A stretch of DNA of 64,000 bases, taken from positions 372,001-436,000 of the forward strand of contig CATNEN010000013.1 of assembly GCA_950097015.1 (NCBI GenBank), read 5' to 3'. The translations under genes were made by a program, and so were the position numbers. The notes beneath the pieces were generated by a model. It saw nothing but the letters and a program-made list of their open reading frames with translations. It did not search any database and had not been told where the DNA came from. Positions 11,911 through 23,537 of the stretch are shown piece by piece (position 1 is the first letter of the stretch; each line of letters begins with the position of its first letter). Source of the DNA: Macrostomum hystrix. Taxonomy: Eukaryota; Animalia; Platyhelminthes.

Positions 11911-12055
11911 TTAGCAGGTGCCGCAGTTGGCAATGACAACAGTCTTGGACGGCTTGCCGCTCTGGCTGCCGAAAGACTCCATCTTCTTGACCACATCGGC
12001 GCCATCAATAACCTCGCCGAACACGACGTGCTTGCCGTCCAGCCACGGGGTGGCC

Positions 12056-12087
<32 letters not shown>

Positions 12088-12545
12088 GTTCGGTCCAGCA
12101 TTGGCCATCGACAGCAGATTCGGCTTGTCGTGCTTCTTGGCGAACTTCTCGTCGGCGAACTTCTCGCCGTAGATAGACTCGCCGCCAGTGCCGTTGCCGC
12201 GGGTGAAGTCGCCGCCCTGGCACATGAACTGCGGAATGATGCGGTGGAAGCCGCTGCCCTTGTAGTGCAGGGGCTTGCCGCTCTCTGCGAATGTGGAGAT
12301 GAGTTGAGATGGCATTATATGACTCGTACTCCTTTCACTATCTTAACTAGGATTGAGTAACCTTTAATTATTCTTTTATTATTATTATAATAGTTCGAAA
12401 AAAACTTACTGCCGACGCCCTTCTCGCCAGTGCAGAGACACCGGAAGTTTGCAGCAGTCTTCGGCACAATGTCGTCGTACAGCTTGAAGGTGATCCGGCC
12501 CAGAGACTGGCCATCGGCGGTGATATCGAAGAAAACGTTAGACAT
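11911..12545 (-). CDS. cyp: Cyclophilin A-type peptidyl-prolyl isomerase with divergent loop, copy 1 (exons 12545-12410, 12284-11911; 169 aa)
   Basis: [80 protein letters not shown]; 125-bp phase-1 GT-AG intron restores the frame. Confidence 0.97.
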
Positions 12546-15461
12546 TTTCTAGGTAATCGTAGAAATGCGAAGAAAAAATCTTTCCAAAAAAATTTAAGAG
12601 ACGAAAAAGTAAAGCGCGTAAAATGCAGCGAGCGCCGGACTTTATGGCTTGAATGCAAATGAAGTGGGTGAATCGAAGGGAGAGAGCGCATGCGTGGCTT
12701 GCTCTGACTGGATGGGGGGTGGGGCCCACCAGTGGGGAGAGAAAATCGATATCAAAACCCCAGGGTAGGGTGTGCACTGTACACTAAACACCCTCTACTC
12801 CACTTTGGACCTTCGTCTGTGTACACTCTTACAAGGTCTAGGAATTTTTCCAGTCGTTTCCACGGCTAGATAGACAGCGAGGGGCTTGTTTTGCTCTATC
12901 TTTGCGTTCTACTGTGAGTCATACCACCCCATGAGGTCCCGACTAAACAGGCTAATTCCTGCCTAGCTGTCCTGGCGGGGGCAGGGCAGACTTTTAGAGT
13001 CAGGCAGCCGTGTGTTGTGACTTGTGTTGTGTCCCACATTCTGTCGTCCAAATTGTCTTAGTGCGAGTATAGCAAGCAAGTTATGCATTTCATTTGATTC
13101 ATGCCGGGTCATTGTATTTATATATAATTGTTATTTATATATTAACTTTAAAAAATTGTTAGTGTAAAAGTTTTGTTCCGTTATTTTTCTTCTTTTTATC
13201 ACATAGCTACGTAGCTCGTACTAAATTACATCAAAAGCTATAGACACACATTTCTAGTGTCGAAATCAACTTTTTAAATTACATCCAATGCCAAAATCAA
13301 TTTACGTATCCATTGCATGAGTACGACAATTACATGTTACTTTATATAGTGAAGACACAAAAGAACATTGGATTGTGTCAACAAACAGAAAATGTAGACT
13401 TTAAGTCTTTTCTGCTTAAAAATAAAAACAAGCACACTTTGCTACTGAACTACGATGGTAACAAGTAATATTGCTCGAATACGAGCAATAATGAAACTAA
13501 TATCGCTGTTCGTTCGTTGTTTGGAAGCACTGAAGAGCGAAGACTGGAGCGGCGTCGCCCTATACTGTGTATAGAACTGTACTGTACAGAAACATTTTAT
13601 TTAGATGCTAGGAATCTTCGGACACAGAATTCTAATGTTACGTTTCAATTGTTTTTCTCAAGTAGCAATTTTCTTGACTACCTGCGACTGAACAAATCTT
13701 AAAATTTTAATCAGCAAGACAGCAGCAGTAAAAAGAGACACTCCTAGTGACAGGTGACTTAAATTTCCACAACAACAGACACATCCCACGGGCTCGGCAT
13801 CATTTAGGGTTGAAGGAAGATTTTCTTGACTTTTGACTTTTGCTGAATGCTTAGTATATTGTTGGTATATTGAGCATTAACATTATAGATCGTCAGGCAA
13901 ATTATAAGAAAGCCAAAGCAAAATTAGCAGTAGGAGTACCAAGCCATTTTGAAGAATCCAACAAGAATCAAACCGTCAGTCCTTCAGACCGTCGGAATAT
14001 TCATCAATTCTAGACTAAGGTCAGATTTTCCCTATAAGAGCTAGTGTTTCATGCCACTATATGCACGAATATGCACTGCACCTCAGTGCGGCCTTGCCAG
14101 GCCTTTAAACCTTATCAACACGTCACCCAAATGTGCCTGCATAATCTCCGACTTCGGTGGTCACGCACCTTTATCTAGACTGAGCAGCTTGACTTTCAAC
14201 AAGTGGCACCAGCCAAATATGGACACAACTGATGCAAATTTCTCCCATTTTGCTGATCAAGCCTCAATATGGGACGAAGCTCAACCACAGGACCCTCGCC
14301 TAGTCTGTCAACCAATCAGTCAACACCCCGATGCCGTCAGCACTGTCAGCAGGGTTGCCTCCAGCTGGCTATGGAGTCCCTAAAGCGACCTACTGCCTAA
14401 AGCGGTGACTACAGCTGGCAGGCCACCAAGGAGTACTGCCCCCCAGCCTGCGCAGGAGGTGCTGCTGCTCACGCTGCAGGCCCCACTTCGGCGAGGGCAG
14501 GTACGAACTCGCGATAAGTCGACTGCCTGTTAGCCTTAAAACAAGCCTTCTGACTTCTTACTTAAACTCTGGCCTTTATTGTTGTTGTGGATCTACAAAT
14601 CCTCTTTAATTCATATCCAATAAACAGGGATAGGTAGCAGTGTGCATTTAAAAATATTCTAGGACTATCGCGGTTATTTTGACTGTTGACTCAAGCGCGA
14701 TTTCAAACATGCGATCGTATTACTGACCAGTAAAGTGTTGCCTACGAGTATTGACTTGATTTTTGCAAGAGAAAAATTTAACAAGACGAGTTCCGCAGTG
14801 TCAATTAGAATTTAATTTGACTGAGATAAAAGCTGATAACAGAGGAGCTTTTCAGAGAATAATATTCAACTTGCTGAATTTAATTTGCATTAGCTCGTAG
14901 ACGTCTAAAAGATTAGACAAAAAATAGTTATTATTTTCGCAATGTAAGAACAGTCTCCGTACTAAAAGAGGTGCAGTAAAAGCGTTGTTAGACTGAAGAT
15001 TTGCATTCGAACACAGGAAGTCTAAAAGTTTGCAGAGAGGGACAACGAACTCTAATCGGAGAAATAACATTTCCTAAGTAGTTATTTATAATAGTATAAA
15101 CTGACAGCGAAAGAGCAAAACGTAAAAATAGACCTAGAGAAATTGCGTGCTGCTGGCTTGAAATTAGTAGCAGGACATTTCAATTAAACAGGATTTTAAG
15201 GTTAATTCAGTTCAGAGTTACATCTGCATAATTAAGCTAATTGACACTTTATTTAAGCGAAAGTAAAACAACAGCTGTCGGAAACACCTGACAGTACTAA
15301 CACTGGGATATATTAGAAAGTTAGATAGCTATTTAAAGGACTAAATAAACTGCTAGTTGAAGGAGGCTGAAGAAATAATAAAAGTTAGAGGGGTTATTGT
15401 TACAGCTTTGCTCCGTTTACGCCGTTTCTAGCTTTGTTTAGCAGCTGCGTAAATATGTACT

Positions 15462-15606
15462 TTAGCAGGTGCCGCAGTTGGCAATGACAACAGTCTTGGA
15501 CGGCTTGCCGCTCTGGCTGCCGAAAGACTCCATCTTCTTGACCACATCGGCGCCATCAATAACCTCGCCGAACACGACGTGCTTGCCGTCCAGCCACGGG
15601 GTGGCC

Positions 15607-15638
<32 letters not shown>

Positions 15639-16096
15639 GTTCGGTCCAGCATTGGCCATCGACAGCAGATTCGGCTTGTCGTGCTTCTTGGCGAACTTCT
15701 CGTCGGCGAACTTCTCGCCGTAGATAGACTCGCCGCCAGTGCCGTTGCCGCGGGTGAAGTCGCCGCCCTGGCACATGAACTGCGGAATGATGCGGTGGAA
15801 GCCGCTGCCCTTGTAGTGCAGGGGCTTGCCGCTCTCTGCGAATGTGGAGATGAGTTGAGATGGCATCATTTGACTCGTACTCCTTTCACTATCTTAACTA
15901 GGATTGAGTAACCTTTAATTATTCTTTTATTATTATTATAATAGTTCGAAAAAAACTTACTGCCGACGCCTTTCTCGCCAGTGCAGAGACACCGGAAGTT
16001 TGCAGCAGTCTTCGGCACGATGTCGTCGTACAGCTTGAAGGTGATCCGGCCCAGGGACTGGCCATCGGCGGTGATATCGAAGAAAACGTCAGACAT
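15462..16096 (-). CDS. cyp: Cyclophilin A-type PPIase with divergent loop, copy 2 (exons 16096-15961, 15835-15462; 169 aa)
   Basis: Near-identical to copy 1 (offset 3551 bp); MSDV instead of MSNV; same 125-bp intron. Confidence 0.97.
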
Positions 16097-17664
16097 GTTT
16101 ATAAGCTACTTAGTTGACTGGAGAGACAGATGAAATTTAATTAATTAAATAAATAATCTACCTACCAATGTACTAAAATAACTTGAATAACAAAGCAAAC
16201 AAAAAAGTAAAAAAGCACATCATTTGGATGATTAAGTATCCATACAACAGTACCCATATTCAGTGCCAAATTTTTTAAACAGTAATTGTCAGAAAGATTG
16301 TTTTAGGGTATGTTTCACTTAATGCACATGCACACTATTTTTTACTACTGCTAACACAATGACACAATCCATAAAATTATAGATTTCAAAGAAATTACTC
16401 GTACATTCATAGCAAAACTAACTATTTCAGAGAAACATACATAAAACACATCTTAAAGTGTTTTCTATAATAAAAAAGCAAAGGAGAATGTTCACCAAAC
16501 AAAATGCTTTGAAAACAAAAGTTTAAGGTAATAAATAGCATTGGCCAAAGATGTGCCAAAGATGTGACCAAAATGACAATTACTTTGCTTATTAACATAT
16601 GGCATAATAAAAGTTAATAAAATAAAGCTATGAAATAGGCTTTAGTATTTTTGTTTTCAAAGGAATAAGAAATCAGTAAAACAATATAATTACAGCTAAA
16701 ATTTAAATACTATAGTCAACAAGGATGATTGCTGATTATATGAGATAGCACACAGAATAGATAAATATGGTTTTGATATATCTTTACATTCTAGTGCATG
16801 TGCCTTCTTTAATGATAAAAAGCAATCAAACATTTTCAATAAAATAACAAAGTGATACTTTAAGCTCAAAAATATAATTCTAAATCAGATCATACCATTC
16901 ATGGTATAATTTTTTTGCATATAAATGCTGCCATTGTGGCTAGGCCTAAGCAATACACATTCCTATGTGTATTGTGCTTTTATGCTTATTTATTATTTAT
17001 TTATTAAGTTTTTATGCTTAATAAAAACTCCCAAAAATAAACTCCTAGGATTTCGAAAGTAACTACTTTTCTTTAAATAATAAAAAAGGTTTGAAGGACT
17101 AGAAAAAGGAATTGAGGATCCTAGGATATATGTCTGATAAGTGATAACCCTTATTATATTATTATATAGATTTGCCATTATTATAGAATTGAATAAATTT
17201 AATAAAATTCATAGGAATTAAAGTGACTATTTCTTGATACCAGAATTACTAGGTCTAGGATTTAACTGTATTACTATTAGTATTTCTGGTAATTGAAATT
17301 CCTGGGATATGGATAGGTCCAGTTTCTAGGATTTCGATTTCCTTGGATTGATAGGGGCCTTGGGGATCAGAGGTACAATTTCTGATTTAGACAATGTATA
17401 TATATAATGGGATGATGTGGCATGAGATGCTTGTGGTACTAGTAGCACACAATGGCAATGGCAATGGCATTCTAAGTATTTTATAGTTAGAATTGTAGCT
17501 GCAAGGATCAATCAGTTTTTCTTATCATAGCTACACCAAAAGAATAATATATCATGAACTGCTCTTTTTAAGCTTCTAGGATTGTAAATACGAGCTAGAT
17601 ACACCAGGCAGCATTTTACTCCGTCCTCTACATTTTAAACATCAGGAAGAAAAGGTTGTTAATG

Positions 17665-18000
17665 TTAATTTTGTCTATGTCTATGTCTAAGGCTTTCTAA
17701 AAAATAAGTCTGTCGACTGGAAATATTAATGAGATATATAGAGAAATATAAATAATACTCGCAGGACGACAGTGACACTGGTACATCATTTTTTCCCAGT
17801 AGACCTACAACCAGAGCAAAAGATTCTCTGGCAGTAAGCACACAGATACCATACACAGGCACACAAACACAATCACACAGGTGTCCATCTGCTTTGACTT
17901 TCTCATCATCAAGCAGTTTTAGAGTGGAGTTTTGAACTTTAATGTGTCTTTGGAGTGGATATTTGCTCTCAAGGACCGTAAATTGCATGACAAACTCCAA
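17665..18000 (-). CDS. Possible coding exon of unknown function
   Basis: Non-repetitive 111-codon open frame in AT-rich DNA, preceded by a CTTATTAG acceptor-like site; no family recognised. Confidence 0.2.
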   Translation of the reverse strand: MEFVMQFTVLESKYPLQRHIKVQNSTLKLLDDEKVKADGHLCDCVCVPVYGICVLTARESFALVVGLLGKNDVPVSLSSCEYYLYFSIYLINISSRQTYFLESLRHRHRQN

Positions 18001-18872
18001 GCCTCCTAATAAGTGATATAAGGCGGATGATTGCGGGTAAGGTGGATATTAGACGTCATTGATTGCGTTGCAGCAGTTTACCTGGAACGTGACGGGAAAT
18101 TTTAGTTAAACTTTTTATATTTTAATAGCGTCGAAGCCTTGAAAAAGTTGTAGCTTTGAAGATAGGCTTTTTTCTTCCGTGTGATTACCCAGCAAATTGT
18201 TTTTTTGTCATTGTAGGTTTTATTTTATTCTTGTTTGTTTTAAAGACAAAGTTAGGCCGTTGCATTGACGTTTGCATTTAATATTTTTATAAAGCTTTTT
18301 TAACATGGCCGGCATAATATGATATTGAAGCACCAACGAACTATAGCCATATTAGAGTAATATAAACTAATTATTTCTCGGTATGCAAAAAAGAGGTGTC
18401 TCGGTTTCATATTTTTGCTCATATTCATTTAAGAGTGAACTTTGAGGCGTACTTAGCGACGTATCACGTTCTCTGATTAAGTTTTTAAAGAAAAATATGG
18501 TTTCACAGGTTTTGCACGAACAACATTTGAAAGCAGTTTACATACTCATAAAAGTTTGATTGGCCAGAAAAATAATTTTACTTTGTTAGCTTTTATACAG
18601 TAGTAAAATTATACAAAGTATTTGCTATATTGAGTATTGTAGTATAGCAGTATCATGCATTGAGAACCACGAATCCATGTGGAAATGAAGGAAATGAATG
18701 AATGTCTAATTTCAGAAGTTGCAAATTGCAGAATTAAAAAGTTAGTACACAGAAAATTTTCCCCATGAAGAGGGTCAGCTTATGTGAGGGATGCTTTGTG
18801 CTTAGAGTTACTGAAGTACGCGTAAATTAAAGAATTACTTGTTAACAGCAGAAGCATCAAAGCCTCCATCGC

Positions 18873-21800
18873 TCAATAGTCTGCAGCTCCAGATTTAGAC
18901 TCATGCTGTTGCGGACTTTGCTGAACTCTGTTTGCTGTTCGTTCCAGCTGTCGAACTAGACGAGCCAGGCTGGACTTTGCGGTGACACCACGACGGCTTA
19001 AGTCTGCATTAAAAAATTATAATTTGTTCCAATGCAGGCAACTGGACAGGCAAATCATTCTAACTTGATCATTTATAATGAATCGGCTGCGCAAAATGGT
19101 GAAAGGCGGCATTCTAGAGCATGTTCCACCAGGAGGAAGTCTGTGGGCATCTCCCAAAGTTGTGGTGCGCAAGCCGAACAGCGATCTGCGGATTTTCTCG
19201 GACTATAAGGTCGGCGTCAACCCAAAGATCTGCGAAGACTCATATACGCTGCCTAACATCGAGTCTGCCTTCTGCGCCTTGGCTGGCTCACTTTTCTACG
19301 ATCGATCTTACCAACGCCTACAACCAGATCGAGCTGGACGAAAATGTGCCAGAAAAGGGCTCACGATCAACACTCCGATTGGCCTTCTGGGATTGACGAG
19401 GATGCCCTTAGGGCTCAAGATGGCTAGTGCCCAGTTTCAAGCAGCCATGGAGGCCACGATCGGCGATGCGAATAAGGTAATTTACCAGGATGACATCTGT
19501 GTGGGCGCTCCCACAGAGAGCGAGCTGCATGGATGCCAAAGTAAGCCAAACTGCTAAGTGTCTTAAAGGAGGCTGGTATGGAAATCAACCCAGACAAATG
19601 TTTCTTCGGAAGCACCGAGATCTCCTTTCTGGACCGCATCTCAGCAGACGGAGTGAGACCCGACACCAAGCTCGTGGAAAAGATCCAGAAGACCAAGCAG
19701 CCCACGACCATGATGGAATTAGAGTCCTGGCCGCCTCGCTCCGCGATGGGGAATGGAGGATGTGGTGCCAGGGCACTGTGCACTGGCACTGAACTTTTTG
19801 CGTGGACTTGACAATAACTTAAATTGCTCATACTAGGTAACCCGTCTCTCTCTTCCCCTCTCTTGCTATTGGCTGGCGAGCCACCCTCGATACTCTCACT
19901 CTCTACCCCAATGCACGCCCCGACTAGTTTGCTTATCTTATTCGCATGTACTTGTAAGTTTCTTATATATAAACCAATACACTGGAACCTATCTTAGCCT
20001 ATTGACGGCAAGACAGAAAGCATTCGAGACTAGAAACCCTAGATTAGACTTCGAAACTGGAAGCCCGAACTCCTTCGATACCGGGAACACCGATCTCCTT
20101 CGATACCGGAAACTCCGACCTCCTTCGATACCGGAAACTCCGACCTCCTTCGATACCTGCAACTCCGCCTCCTTCGATTCTAGTAGCCCGACGTCCTTCG
20201 AAACTTAAGCCCGACCTCCTTCGATACCTGCAACTCCGACCTCCTTCGATACCGGGAACTCCGACCTCCTTCGATACCTGCAACTCCGACCTCCTTCGAT
20301 ACCGGGAACTCCGACCACCTTTGATACCGGGAACTCCGACCACCTTCGATACCTGCAACTCCGCCTCCTTCGATTCTAGAAGACCGACCTCCTTCGATAC
20401 CGGGATCTCCGACCTCCTTCGATACCTGCAACTCCGCCTCCTTCGATTCTAGAAGCCCCGACCTCCTTCGATACTAGAAACCCCGACCTCCTTCGATACC
20501 GGACTAACCCGCATAGTTGGCCTGCTGGCACTCGCCCGCAGCACAATTTGATTTCGCTGCCTTGTTGATCGTCTCAGCTGTAGATTCGAATTTCCAGCTG
20601 ATGTGCTTGGATGCTGCAGTTTCAAAGGGCTTCGCAGTGCTCGAGATAACGGGTGTGCTGTACCTGAGGATTCCATTGAATAGGCTTGATACAGCAATGT
20701 TATGTAACAGAAAAATCATACATAGATTAGAACCTCTGATTCGAGGGTTTGGACCTACTTCATGACGTCCTGACTCTGTCGAAGGTGTTCCAGCCTTCGG
20801 CGCAGGCTGGCCAGCTGCTGCTCAAGACCCGGCGGCTGAAGTTCTGGCGTCTCCGGCAGCTTAAAGAGTGATTCACTAGACTCTTGGCTTGGGTCATGCG
20901 ATTCTTGGCTTGGGTCATGCGATTTTTGGCGTGGGTCATGCGTCTCTTGGCTTGGGTCATGCGATTCTTGGCGTGAGTCATGCGTCTCTTGGCTTGGGTC
21001 ATGCGATTCTTGGCGTGGGTCATGCGATTCTTGGCGTGGGTCATGCGATTCTTGGCGTGGGTCATGCGATTCTTGGCGTGGGTCATGCGATTCTTGGCGT
21101 GGGTCATGCGATTCTTGGCGTGGGTCATGTGATTCTTGGCGTGGGTCATGCGATTCTTGGCGTGGGTCATGCGTCTCTTCCTCTTGATGTTGGTCATGCG
21201 TCTCTTCCTCTTGATGTTGGTCATGCGTCTCTTCCTCTTGATGTGGGTCATGCGTCTCTTCCTCTTGATGTGGGTCATGCGTCTTTTCGTCTTGCAGTTC
21301 TTGGCGTTGATCATGCGACTCTAGGCGTGAATCCTGCGACCCTCGGCCTGGGTCATGCAGCTGTTCATGTAGGTCATGATGCAGTTCACTATGTAAGCGA
21401 TGTGACCCCTTGTTCTGTAAATTAGTTTTATTTAACGCGCGGTCCGCTGGTCGGTTCGCAGGCTTCGTTAAAATGGGCTCCAAGTTCTGGCCACCTTTTC
21501 TACCCTTCACAGGTGAGTCGCTGTGGCCTCCAAAGCCAGTGCACCGGAGGACGGGCTTCAGCAGCAGGGCGCCGCAGTCGCCGCCCAGACCGTCAGCTGC
21601 ACTGGCACAGATGGTCAATTCAAACTTCAAATTCAAGGGATGATTTGCCAGCTTAACGATGCTACTGCCTTTAAGACATTGTCTCATTGTGCTGTTGCTG
21701 CTGTTGCTGCTGCTGTTGCTGCAGCTGTTGCTGCAGCCATGTTCGAGCAGTTGAATCGGCATGATGATCGCTGCAAGTTCAAGCAATGTGCCTATATAAT

Positions 21801-23537
21801 TAATGCATAACTTTTTTCTTAAAAAAATTATATTAAGTAGTGCTACCTTTACTTTTAGGCATTCCTGTTAGCTTGACCATAGACTAAACTGCGTTTCAAA
21901 AATAGAAATTAACAACAATTTTTTTTCAAAGCATTGTCAAGTATCAATGATTCTGTTAACGTCCTTACCAAACTACTTAATCACATAAGGAGTACGCTAT
22001 AGCATGTTAATTAAAACAGAAATTTTTTACGATATTGATACAATATTTATTTGTTTCTTTTTTTGCACAGGGGAATTTGAGAAGTACAAGTAGAAGTGCA
22101 TATTGATAGGTTAATAGTAAAGAGAGAGAAGATGCCTCCTAAATAGATAGTTGAGGGGGAGAGGAAGAAGTAGACTCTCCGGTGCAAGGTAGAGCTAGGG
22201 AGAAGTAGACTCTCCGGTGCAAGGTAGAGAGGGAGAAGTAGACTCTCCGGTGCAAGGTAGAGAGGGAGAAGTAGACTCTCCGGTGCAAGGTAGAGAGGGA
22301 GAAGTAGACTCTCCGGTGCAAGGTAGAGAGGGTGAAGTAGACTCTCCGGTGCAAGGTAGAGAGGGAGAAGTAGACTCTCCGGTGCATGGTAGAGAGGGAG
22401 AAGTAGACTCTCCGGTGCAAGGTAGAGAGGGAGAAGTAGACTCTCCGGTGCAAGGTAGAGAGGGTGAAGTAGACTCTCCGGTGCATGGTAGAGAGGGAGA
22501 AGTAGACTCTCCGGTGCATGGTAGAGAGGGAGAAGTAGACTCTCCGGTGCAAGGTAGAGAGGGAGAAGTAGACTCTCCGGTGCAAGGTAGAGAGGGAGAA
22601 GTAGGCTCTCCGGTGCAAGGTAGAGAGGGAGAAGTAGACTCTCCGGTGCATGGTAGAGAGGGAGAAGTAGACTCTCCGGTGCATGGTAGAGAGGGAGAAG
22701 TAGACTCTCGGGTGCAAGGTAGAGAGGGAGAAGTAGACTCTCCGGTGCATGGTAGAGAGGGAGAAGTAGACTCTCCGGTGCATGGTAGAGAGGGAGAAGT
22801 AGACTCTCGGGTGCAAGGTAGAGAGGGAGAAGTAGACTCTCCGGTGCAAGGTAGAGAGGGAGAAGTAGACTCTCCGGTGCAAGGTAGAGAGGGAGAAGTA
22901 GACTCTCGGGTGCAAGGTAGAGAGGGAGAAGTAGACTCTCCGGTGCATGGTAGAGAGGGAGAAGTAGACTCTCCGGTGCAAGGTAGAGAGGGTGAAGTAG
23001 ACTCTCCGGTGCATGGTAGAGAGGGAGAAGTAGACTCTCCGGTGCATGGTAGAGAGGGAGAAGTAGGCTCTCCGGTGCAAGGTAGAGAGGGAGAAGTAGA
23101 CTCTCCGGTGCATGGTAGAGAGGGAGAAGTAGACTCTCCGGTGCATGGTAGAGAGGGAGAAGTAGACTCTCCGGTGCATGGTAGAGAGGGAGAAGTAGAC
23201 TCTCCGGTGCATGGTAGAGAGGGAGAAGTAGGCTCTCCGGTGCAAGGTAGAGAGGGAGAAGTAGACTCTCCGGTGCATGGTAGAGAGGGAGAAGTAGACT
23301 CTCCGGTGCATGGTAGAGAGGGAGAAGTAGACTCTCCGGTGCAAGGTAGAGAGGGAGAAGTAGACTGAGAATTGGATCTGAGATTGTTGTCAGAGGAGTG
23401 AAAGGTTGGAGGCGTAGAAAATGACTTTTGAGGGGATATTGGAGAGATATCTGCATCTCGGCAGGTTCAAAGGGGGGTTTAACCAGCATGAAGGCGATGT
23501 CAGTGATAGCAGGGCTCTGTTTGGATCGCTCCTTCAT
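18873..23537 (-). CDS. Candidate novel His/Glu/Asp heptad-repeat protein (exons 23537-23366, 21791-20759, 20663-20509, 19003-18873; ~496 aa)
   Basis: All four exons join in compatible phases (1,2,1) with GT/AG ends. Central exon encodes (QESHDPR)n and (QEEETHDPH)n grading into degenerate HD-heptads and a leucine-rich amphipathic tail. Exon 1 has a weak donor (GTCTAC). Confidence 0.45.
19040..19740 (+). mobile_element. Ty3/Gypsy LTR-retrotransposon reverse transcriptase remnant (frameshifted)
   Basis: WASPKVVVRKPNSDLRIFSDYK, FSTIDLTNAYNQI, TINTPIGL..RMPLGL, YQDDI, INPDKCFF, GVRPD split over three frames. Confidence 0.9.
19748..19981 (+). mobile_element. Probable polypurine tract plus 3' LTR (TGT...ACA, ~220 bp)
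   Basis: GGGGAATGGAGGA immediately before TGTGG at 19761; ends TATATAAACCAATACA at 19981. Confidence 0.5.
20060..20500. repeat. ~20-bp array (CCGACCTCCTTCGATACCGG/…CTGCAACT)
   Basis: Imperfect tandem units starting at the putative donor at 20508. Confidence 0.85.
20885..21300. repeat. 21-bp and 27-bp in-frame repeats (coding in the candidate gene)
   Basis: TGGGTCATGCGATTCTTGGCG x~13 plus a 27-bp variant x~5. Confidence 0.9.
22160..23366. repeat. 33-bp minisatellite (AGAAGTAGACTCTCCGGTGCAAGGTAGAGAGGG) x~36
   Basis: Highly homogeneous; 11-aa periodic ORFs in several frames are by-products. Confidence 0.97.

Noticed and set aside
14400-14530. GC-rich structured segment resembling an HDV-like ribozyme or retroelement UTR
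   Set aside because: I could not build the P1/P3/P1.1 pairings on either strand; it would need an Infernal/RNArobo search.
22047-23368. Long ORFs (383-496 aa) on both strands across the 33-bp array
   Set aside because: The unit is a multiple of 3 and stop-free in several frames, so these ORFs arise automatically; no unique domain.
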